Below are positions 13,301 through 23,101 of a stretch of 64,000 bases of DNA, piece by piece. Numbering within the stretch: position 1 is the first letter of the stretch; each line of letters starts with the position of its first letter. Under the pieces are notes generated by a model that saw nothing but the letters and a program-made list of their open reading frames with translations, was not told the origin of the DNA and searched no databases. This stretch comes from Pristiophorus japonicus (taxonomy: Eukaryota): assembly GCF_044704955.1 (NCBI RefSeq), contig NC_091979.1, positions 109,926,001 to 109,990,000 of the forward strand, given 5' to 3'. The position numbers and the translations under genes were made by a program.

Positions 13301-14714
13301 ATGAAATTGCCTAGCTCCATTGATACTGAGATGCCATTGAGGAGCACTTTCATCATTATCGGTGGCATCCTGGTGTATGAACTGTATATGTGCTCCACAT
13401 GAACTCGCTGAACTTCAGCTTCTAGCGATTTCCCCCAGTGTCCATTTGGCCTCGTAGGGCTTACATCCGGCCCGTCCTCCTCGTACATCAACCTAGCTGC
13501 AGGCTTCCTGCACATGCGTGCCAAGTGACCGCTGACGTTGCAGTTTCTGCAGGTATATTGCTGATACCTGCAAGCTCTGGCTGTGTGTTTGCATCCGCAC
13601 CTCCAACATGAGCCGTTGTTGGAAACAAAAGGTCCATTACCAGTCGATCATCTCTGACTGTCTCTGTAACTGTTCTTAAACGCACCATTGACAGGTGTTG
13701 ATGGCCCCATTACTAGTTGCATTGTCCCTTGCGATGGCATGAATCGCCGTTCAGCTAGCCATTGTCTCTGTTGAATTTCCCCTTTGGGTTCGACTAAATG
13801 CTCGGGCATGTCCGATTGCCCGTGTCTGCCTGGAGAACTGTGTGATGCGTTAACAATGTTGACTCCCTGTCCATTTGCTGCATTTAAACCAAGATTTTTG
13901 TCAATCATCATTCTGGTCTCGACTCTTCCTCCCCTGAGATAAATGTCTGGGCCATCAAAGCCGCCGTTTCCAGGGTCAAGTCTTTGGTCTCAATCAGTTT
14001 CCTGAAAACCCCAGTGTGCCCGATGCCCTCAATAAAAAAGTCCAGCTGCATCTCCGCTCTGCATGCATCTTACATAGGCTCGCCAGTCGCCGGAGGTCTG
14101 CCACAAAGTCTGGAACGCTTTGCCCTTCTCGCTGCCGGTGCGTGTAAAACCGGTGTCTCGTCATGTGCATGCTGCTCGTCAGTTTAAAGTGTTCCCCGAT
14201 CAACTTACTGAGCTCTTCAAAAGTCTTGTCCGCTGGCTTCTCTGGCGCTAGAAGGTCCTTCATCAGGGAGTACGTTCTGGATCCACAAACCGTCAGGAGA
14301 TGAGCCCTGCGTTTGTCGGCCGAATCCTGTCCTAGCCATTCCTTAGTGATGAAACTTTGTTGTAGTCTCTCAATAAAATCGTCCCAATCATCACCAAAAC
14401 AGTACCTCTCATCTGTGAGGCTAGTGGCCATGCTCGCGTGGTTTAAATCCCAGTTTCTCAAGGCCAATAATATGTCCTTATTATACAGTACAAATGCACA
14501 CGAGGCCCATACTTGAGAGAAGGTCACTCTGTGACCAGTAACCTTTATTAGCCAGCACTGAAGTGGAGAAGATGGGTGGAGCTTCCCCTTTTATACCTGA
14601 AAGTCCAGGTTAGAAGTGTCTCCTAAAAGTTCATTACCTAGTGGTCGGTGTTCTCACGGTGTACAACTTAGGTCAGTTTATACATGGATTACAATGACAG
14701 TAGCATACATGACA
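10340..14714 (-). mobile_element. LTR retrotransposon D (Gypsy/Mag-like), both LTRs present, protease region deleted
   Basis: LTRs at 10340-10586 and 14468-14714 (247 bp each, about 10 mismatches). TSD GAAAC/GAAAT. Degenerate PBS TGGCCTTGAG, PPT GGGGGTGGTGA. Gag, RT, RH and INT remnants. Confidence 0.95.
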
Positions 14715-15930
14715 GAAATGAGCTCTGTTAAGACAGTCGCGGACCACCCTTTCAGGATCGTGATGGAGTCGCTGCCTCTTCCATCGCAGGTTTTGCTGCT
14801 CCTCGTCCTCCTGCTGTTGCTCCTCCTCCTGCTCCTCCTCTTGAGGTGGTGCGGCTATGCCTGGTGGCAATGGCTGTGCCCTCATGATGGCCAGGTTGTG
14901 CAGCATGCAGCAGATGACGACAAATAGGGACACCCACTGGAGGACTCCTCTCGAGCAATCAAGGCAGCGGAACAGTTGCTTCAACACTCCGATGGTCTGC
15001 TTAATGATGTTCCTGGTTGGGGCATGGCTCTCAATGTGAGAGTGCTGGGCAGGAGTGATAGGGTTGCAGAGGAGAGTCATGAGCCAGGTGGAGAGCGGAT
15101 AGCCCTTGTTTTCGAGTAACCATCCATGAACTTGATGTGGTGGCTGGAAGAGAACTGGCACAGCGGTCTGATGCTAGGATTGCCGGCGTTGATCGGAGGA
15201 TTTGGCATGTGTGGTCCCACACCAACTGCACATTCAGTGAGTGGTGGCCTTTACGGTTACAGAAGATCTCAGGATTGTAATGCGATGCCCGCAAAGTGAC
15301 ATGGGTGCAGTCAATGACGCCCTGCACCATGGGGAAGCCCGCTATCATGACGAATCCAAATGCATGCTCGTGCTGCTTCTCTGTGGTGATGGGGATGGAA
15401 ATGCAGTCCCTTCTCCTTCTGTAGAGAACATCTGTGACCTTGTAGATGAAGCAATGGACGGCAAACTGGGAGATGTTGGAGATTTCTCCTGTCGCTCCCT
15501 GGAAGGATCCATTGGTGTAGAAATTGAGTGCGATGGTGATCTTGACTGCCACTGAGAGAGCCGTCCTAACCCTGGTATGAGGTTCAAGGTTTGGTTGCAG
15601 GATATGGCAGAACTCTATGACCACGTCCTTGCTGAAGTGCAGTCTTCGAACACACTGTTCCTCGGTAAAATTCATGTCTGAGAACTGCTGCCAGAATGCC
15701 CTGGGAGGGTAAGGTCTCCTGTTGCCAGGCTTGTTGCGCCTTCCCCCTTTGACCACATCTTGCTGTATTTGTACCTGTCTTTCTCCCTCTCTCTGCCTTT
15801 CTCCTTGTCTTGCTGCCTCTCTGTCTCTTTGCTTTTCTCTCTGCCTAAGAAACCTCCAGCGGTGACATCTGAGCAGAATGTCAAGTGCCAACACAGCCCC
15901 CATGAAACAAGAAAAATGTTGGCAAGTCAA
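14715..15930 (-). pseudogene. Harbinger (HARBI1-like) DDE transposase pseudogene
   Basis: Motifs GFPMVQGVIDCTHV, NRKGHHSLNVQLV, WLLENKGYPL (normally GDxGY), RNIIKQTIGVLK (normally E) and CCMLHNLA. Frameshifted. The last codons and stop lie on the other side of element D (10339-10329). Confidence 0.9.
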
Positions 15931-17471
15931 ATCGGCCCTGAATTAAACAAAGCAATGCTTAAGAGCCAGAACAGTCCTTGAGGTCAATACCGCTCCAATC
16001 TTTGCGACAGGCACTCTGCCTATCTGTCAGCAAGCTGGAAATAATAATGGCCGACAGAAATTTTTTTGACAAGATACGCCTTTAAATAACGCTTCTCCAG
16101 CCAACTCCCGCCTGCAACTCAACAGCTTCATCAGCGCCCAGGGGGAGAGTCTGAATTTATGTTGGGGGGCGGTAACGAGGCAGTGCGCATGGTGATGACA
16201 TCATCATCGCCGGGCACTCCCAAGCAGGACGCTACCGGTAGGCGGGGGTAGCACCTTCGCAAAAAACAAAGCCAATTTCGCTGGGGGCGATTGCTCGGGT
16301 GAAAGCAGATTTGTGCCCCATTAGCCGCTAACAAGAGGCGCACAAGAGGCCAATTTTGGCCCCAGCATCTTCCCTGAAATAAGAAAATGCATTGCATTGG
16401 AACTAAATGAAAAGATTAAAATGTAAATAAAACTACTAGTATGCTTTGTGAATCAGAGTACAAATTGTGGCATTATGCAATATCAACTGAACCCAAAGAA
16501 TTCCAAGCTTATTAGATATTCATCAAAGCCTACATAAAAGCAAAGAAATATTACACTAGCTCATGCAGGAAATTCCCTTTCACCAAGGTTTGCAAAATGT
16601 TGCCTATGAAGTTATCTACAGCTGCTTCTGCAAACATGAAACAACTTTGATAAATTGGCAGTTCTGAAAAAGGGGGGAAAGGGGAAAACAGCAAAAGAAA
16701 CAAGCTGTGATCTGCACTGCCAATACAGCACCGACGCCTATAAATATCCAACAGGTTGCCAGCGTCACAGGTAGCTTGAAGTGATGCCAATTTGTCAATG
16801 GCAATCAGTAATAAGTCAAATGATCTCTGGTGCTCACATTCATCCTTTAGTCGCCAACAAAATCAAAAAGTTAAAATCAAAAATCCAATCAGACTAAGCA
16901 ACTCTTAACTATTTATACTCTGTTTGTTGTCCTAATAATGTTGGATGTTCACAACAAAGTAATATAATTAAAGATTATTCGCAGTTGATCGTCACATAAT
17001 GCATCAAGGATCAGAAACCAAAACAAATAATTTAACCAAAATCAGCTAAGAAACATTTCATCCATTTAATAAGCTTTTGAAAAGTTAATGTACAAAATAA
17101 ATGATTTTTAAAAAAATACAAAATACAAATAATGTTGATGAATTATTTATTAGTTGAGTTACTAAAGTAAATACACCAAATGATACTTTGTATTTTTGGA
17201 CATACTGTGTAAATATTGCTATCTCTATTATATTTTAATGACTCCCAAAATGTTATTGTTGAGAGAACAAATATATTTGTTTGCCAGTCATAAAAATTCT
17301 GTGGTCAGCTCCTCTTAGTTCACAGGTATACTGAAGGTAGAGGCAAAATGTTTACAGGCATTTTTCTACACAACAGTGCAATTTTACAGCATAAACACAA
17401 TGGGGTAGAAAGTTGTCTAGGCTCACTTCTGGGTCCAGAATTTAAAGGCCCCTATTTGAAAAAGTAGGCTG

Positions 17472-20443
17472 ACAAAAAACAGGAAACTCTAGACCAGTTA
17501 GCCTAACATCTGTGGTTGGGAAAATGTTGGAGTCTATTATTAAAGAAGCAGTAACAGGACATTTGGAAAAGCATAATTCGGTCAGGCAGAGTCAGCATGG
17601 ATTTATGAAGGGGAAGTCATGTTTGACAAATTTGCTAGAATTCTTTGAGGATGTAATGAACAGGGTGGATAAAGGGGAACCAGTGGATGTGGTGTATTTG
17701 GACTTCCAGAAAGCATTTGACAAAGTGCCACATAAAAGGTTACTGCACAAGATAAAAGTTCATGGGGTTGGGGGTAATATATTAGCATGGATAGAGGATT
17801 AGCTAACTAACAGAGAACAGAGAGTTGAGATAAATGGCTCATTTTCGGGTTGGCAATCAGTAACTAGTGAGGTGCTGCAGGGATCAGTGCGAGGACCCCA
17901 ACTATTTACAATCTATATTAACGACTTGGAAGAAGGGACCGAGTGTAACGTAGCCAAGTTTGCTGACGATACAAAGATGGGAGGAAAAGCAATGTGTGAG
18001 GAGGACACAAAAAATCTGCAAAAGGACATAGACAGGCTAAGTGAGTGGGCAAAAATTTGGCAGATGGAGTATAATGTTGGAAAGTGTGAGGTCATGCACT
18101 TTGGCAGAAAAAATCAAAGAGCAAGTTATTATTTAAGTGGAGAAAAATTGCAAAGTGCTGCAGTACAGCAGGACCTGTTGATTCTTGTGCATGAAACACA
18201 AAAGGTTAATATGCAGGTGCAGCAGGTCATCAGGAAGCCCAATGGAATCTTGGCCTTTATTGCAAAGGAGATGGAGTATAAAAGCAGGGAAGTCTTGCTA
18301 CAGTTATACAGGGTATTGGTGAGGCCACACCTGCAATACTATGTACAGTTTTGGTTCACAGATTTACGAAAGAATATGCTTGCTTTGGAGGCAGATCAGA
18401 GAAGGTTCACTAGGTTGATTCTGGGGATGAGGGGGTTGACTTATGAGGAAAAGTTGAGGAAGTTGGGCCTCTACACATTGGAATTCAGAAGAATGAGAGA
18501 TGATCTTATTGAAACGTATAAGATTATGAGGGGGCTTGACAAGGTGGATGCAGAGAGGATGTTTCCACTGATAGGGGAGACTAGAACTCGGGGGTATAAT
18601 CTTAGAATAAGAACATAAGAACATAAGAAATAGGAACAGGAGTAGGCCATATGGCCCCTCAAGCCTGCTCAGCCATTCAATATCATGGCTGATCTGATCA
18701 TGGACTCAGCTCCACGTCTCCACCCGTTCCCCATGACCCTTATCATTTAAGAAACTGTCTATTTCTGTCTTAAATTTATTCAATGCCCCAGCTTCCACAG
18801 CTCGCTGAGGCAGCGAATTCCACAGATTTACAACCCTTTGGAGAGAAGAAATTCCTCCTCATCCTTGTTTTAAATGGACGGCCCCTTATTCTAAGATCAT
18901 GCCCTCTAGTTCTAGTCTCCCCTATCAGTGGAAAAATCCTTTCTGCATCCACCTTGTCAAGCCCGCTCATAATCTTATACGTTTCGATAAGATCACCTCT
19001 CATTCTTCTGAATTCCAATGAGTAGAGGCCCAACCTACTCAACCTTTCCTCATAAGTCAACCCCCTCATCCCCAGAATCAACCTAGTGAACCTTCTCTGA
19101 ACTGCCTCCAAAGCAAGTATATCCTTTCGTAAATATGGAAACCAAAACTGCACGCAGTATTCCAGGTGTGGCCTCACCAATACCTTGTATAGCTGTAGCA
19201 AGACTTCCCTGCCTTTATACTCCAACCCCTTTGCAATAAAGGCCAAGATACCATTGGCCTTCCTGATCACTTGCTGTACCTGCAAACTATCCTTTTGTGT
19301 TTCATGCACAAGTACCCCCAGGTCCCACTGTACTGCGGCATTTTGCAATCTTTCTCCATTTAAATAATAACTTGCTCTTTGATTTTTTCTGCCAAAATGC
19401 ATGATCTCACACTTTCCAACATTATACTCCATCTGCCAAATTTTTGCCCACTCACTTAAGCCTGTCTATGTCCTTTTGCAGATTTTTTGTGTCCTCCTCA
19501 CACATTGCTTTTCCTCCCATCTTTGTGTCATCGGCAAACTTGGCTACGTTACACTCAATCCCTTCTTCCAAGTCGTTAATATAGATTGTAAATAGTTGGG
19601 GTCCCAGCACTGATCCCTGCGGCACCCCACTAGTTACTCGTTGCCAACCAGAGAATGAACCATTTATCTCAACTCTCTGTTCTCTGTTAGTTAGCCAATC
19701 CTCTATCCATGCTAATATATTACCCCTAACCCCGTGAACTTTTATCTTGTGCAGTAACCGTTTATGTGGCACCTTGTGAAATGTCTTCTGGAAGTCCAAA
19801 TACACCACATCCACTGGTTCCCCTTTATCCACCCTGTTCATTACATCCTCAAAAAATTCCAGCAAATTTGTCAAACATGACTTCCCCTTCATAAATCCAT
19901 GCTGACTCTGCCTGACCGGATTTTGCTTTTCCAAATGTCCTGCTACTGCTTCTTTAATAATGGACTCCAACATTTTCCCAACCACAGATGTTGGGCTAAC
20001 TGGTCTATAGTTGCCTGCTTGTTGTTGCTTCCTTTTTTAATTCGGGATGTTACATTTGCAGTTTTCCAATCTGCTGGGACCTCCCCAGAATTCAGTGAAT
20101 TTTGGTAAATTACAACCAAAGCATCCACAATCCCTGCCGTTACTTCTCTTAAGACCCGAGGGGCTGTCCATTTAAAACTGAGATGAGGAGGAATTTCTTC
20201 TCTCAGAGGGTTGTAAATCAGTGTAATTCGCTGCCTCAGAGAGCTGTTGAAGCCAAGACATTGAATAAATTTAAGACCAGAGCTGGACAGCTTCTTAACC
20301 AATAAGGGTTTAAGGGGTTATGGGAAGCTGAATGGGAAGTGGACCTGAGTCCATGATCGGATCAGCCATGATTGTGTTAAATGGCGGAGCAGGGTCGAGG
20401 GGACATATGGCCTACTCCTGCTCCAATTTCTTATGTTCTTATG
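17472..20443 (+). mobile_element. CR1-clade LINE (RT and 3' tail), split by an antisense CR1 insertion; pieces 17472-18611 and 20158-20443
   Basis: QHGFMKGKSCLTNLL, YLDFQKAFDKVPH and KFADDTK motifs; tail TTCTTATGTTCTTATG. The sequence AGAATAAG|GGGC is continuous across the insertion. Confidence 0.92.
18612..20157 (-). mobile_element. CR1-clade LINE, 5'-truncated, same subfamily as its host
   Basis: ORFs 19452-19985 and 18776-19432 are CR1 RT (GVPQGSVLGP, FADD). 3' tail (AAGAACAT)n at the left end. Confidence 0.93.
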
Positions 20444-20449
20444 AATTGC

Positions 20450-21870
20450 CAGTGTCCAAGCAGTGCCTACACAGGCAGCTCGGCCATTTCAAAATATTAA
20501 ATTTGGGACACTTGCCTTACCAAGTTCGGCCTCAGCTAAGTTCACGGGGGGGGGAGGGGGGTGGAGGGAGGCAACAATTGCTGCAGCAGGCAGCAACCGG
20601 ACCAATGCGTTTTAAGCCTCTGGTTAACAACATCTGCCTCTTCATCTCCCAACCCAAGCTCTTCCTGTGCACTCATGCTATGTGCAACCTCAATTGGAAT
20701 TCATTCGCTGAGCTTGTAGCACTGCATTCCACTCTGGAGCACGTGGTAGCTCCAGATTGATCTGCAGCATGGCCTCCCACCCCAGAGGATCTAAGGATGG
20801 TCTTAGCATTTTCTGCGGATGCTCAGACCTGCTATAGAAGCAGGGTGGATTCAGACTTGACAACTGATAGCATTTAATCTGCTTTCCTGCCAAGGAATGG
20901 CCCTGCAAGTCCAATTCCCAGTAATGGTGGCATGGCAGGAATGTATTCACATGATGCGTTGCTGTCACTCAAACCCCTTGGCTATCTAAACATGTGGCAG
21001 AAAGGAAGCATGACTCCAGGCTGCCCTGCAGCAGCACATGATGCAACCTATACTGTGAGATAGGGACACCTCAGGGACTGCAGCTAGCAACATCACGCAC
21101 TTTCTGCTACTCGGGTAACACCAAGGGGGTGCATAAGGCTAGGTTTAAGAGGCACATATCATACCAAGGGGAAGCATGGAGGGCATAAACAATGGACACA
21201 CACAGCATGAATTGGAATTAAAATTATGGTACCACTAAAGTTGATGTGCATGCACACATTTGTTTGTGCAATATTTGCCAGTGGCCTTGATGAGGTGGCA
21301 TAAATGGAAGCTAGTGAATTAATCCCTACAGAGAATGTCGAGGTGAAGGAATGTTTGTGGTGTGAAGGGAAATTACATAGACAGGACTGTTAATGCCTTG
21401 GGTAGATGTTGTAGTCAAATTAAAGTTTCCAGTATTAGATTGTCATGAGTGTCTCTTATAGCTGCTAACGAGTTGCGCTCTGCATTCTTTCAGTTGCCTG
21501 ATCCTCCCACTGCTCTTGGGAACATTCCTCAATGAAGGCAACTGTATATTCTGGAATGAGGGTACCAGCAGGTAAGTGCCTGGCCAGCTTTTCCTCTTTC
21601 TGTTCTCCCGTTCATCCTACAAACAACACAGGTGCTGGGGTATTCCCAGCGTGAAACCCATTATGACCTCTTTAGAATAGGGAAGGAGCAAAAATGGGAG
21701 CCTCACAGCAGAAGGCACAAAGGTAGAAGTTGAAGTAATTGTTACTAACCAAAAAAGGGTAAGGAAAACAGTTTGCAAATATGGATTTTACGAGACTTTT
21801 TATAGTACCTGCTGTGGTGCTCTAAATACACTTTCCCATTTAGCTTACTCTCGAGCAAGGGTGGAGACCC
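20450..21870. mobile_element. Old, degenerate DNA-transposon-like (possibly Harbinger-derived) sequence
   Basis: GC-richer than its flanks, with a weak resemblance to Harbinger transposase start and end near 21420-21590 (minus). A possible matching end, GGGGTAGAAA, sits at 17402. Confidence 0.3.
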
Positions 21871-23101
21871 ATTTTATATGGATGTGTTTAATGTCCAGTA
21901 TAAATGAGGTGGTAATGATGGAAAATATGGTGTTATTCCTACCGGATTTAAATATGACCATCCACATCTGGTTAATAGTATCCACATTGATGTAGGTTTA
22001 TGGATTAGAAATTGGACTGAAATACAACATTCAAGCAGCTGTACATATTTTGAAGATGTTCTTTGCACTTTTTAATTTGCACTATGGGTAGGTGGAGGTT
22101 TTTAATCAACATTCTCACTGATGATGTGTTTTTCTGTGGCCGAGTGCTTTAAATTCGATGGATCTGTCCTATTTTCCATCCCACCAGCCAGAATACGACC
22201 TGAAAATCTGAGGTATTGAGAGAAAAATTAACCCTTCACTGTCTGGGTACATATGTGAAGAAGACTACTTAGGAGAGCTCCTGGGGAACTACTGGTAACC
22301 GTGGAGCTGTACGACTGGATAAAATACTGCCTTCAGAAGAAAAAGGTGGTAATTTGGAGCGGGGAATCGACATCATATAGTGGAGCATTCCATTGAAAGG
22401 AGAAAGAAATGACAAAAAGACAATAAAACTGAAATGGAACATATACATTATTTTAAACATCTGAATATTATAATTTTAATTAGAGATCAATTAATCAATG
22501 AAATGTAATAGTTTATTGTTGGTAATTTTGATTGGGTACTCACCATAATCCATGGTACTTGTGGTTTATGGTTTATACTTCAGGCAAATCCACTTATACA
22601 GAATATGTAGAAAAATTGCTTTTTTATTTCATAAGATAATCAAATTGAACCAATTTCCAATTTGTTCTAAATTTAATGAGAACTGGTATATAGCCATTAA
22701 TGTTATATGCATCTGCTTAAAAGTATTTTTGTCTATCCCAACCCATTATATATGACAAGATTACACTATACTGATAGATCTGGTTACAGTATGTCCTCCC
22801 TTTACTGTTTATATGGGCATCTGAATCATCAAAGCGCTATAAAGGAAGTTAAGACATCAAACAGCTTTTCATTTATCATCCAACTGGTGACTCAAAACAC
22901 ACATTTTAACAACACTTCTTTTACATGTTCCCTTTTAAGCTCCAGCTTAATTTTTTTGTAATCCTTCCTGCAAATCCATCTAGAATTAGTGACCTATGAT
23001 TTGTTGACTTTATCCAAAATGCAGATACACAAAAAAGGTGGACAAGCACATTAAACAAAATATTATCTCACCCTCACTTATTATTCATCCCTGACTATAA
23101 T

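Larger units (their letters stand above)
9720..16362 (-). mobile_element. PIF/Harbinger DNA transposon 1 (left end deleted), interrupted by LTR element D
   Basis: HARBI1-like transposase on the minus strand and a TIR-like end CAATTTTGGCCC at 16351-16362 followed by CAG. A convergent plus-strand 3' fragment, probably of the Myb/SANT partner gene, lies at 9720-10150. Confidence 0.8.

Noticed and set aside
14616-14927. Poly-Leu membrane-protein-like ORF
   Set aside because: It is the antisense reading of the Glu/Gln-rich transposase tail plus LTR sequence.
22100-22230. Strong minus-strand splice acceptor (ttttcag|GTCG) as the next MYO3B exon
   Set aside because: All three frames stop within about 35 codons and none resembles the expected YYYLAF sequence.
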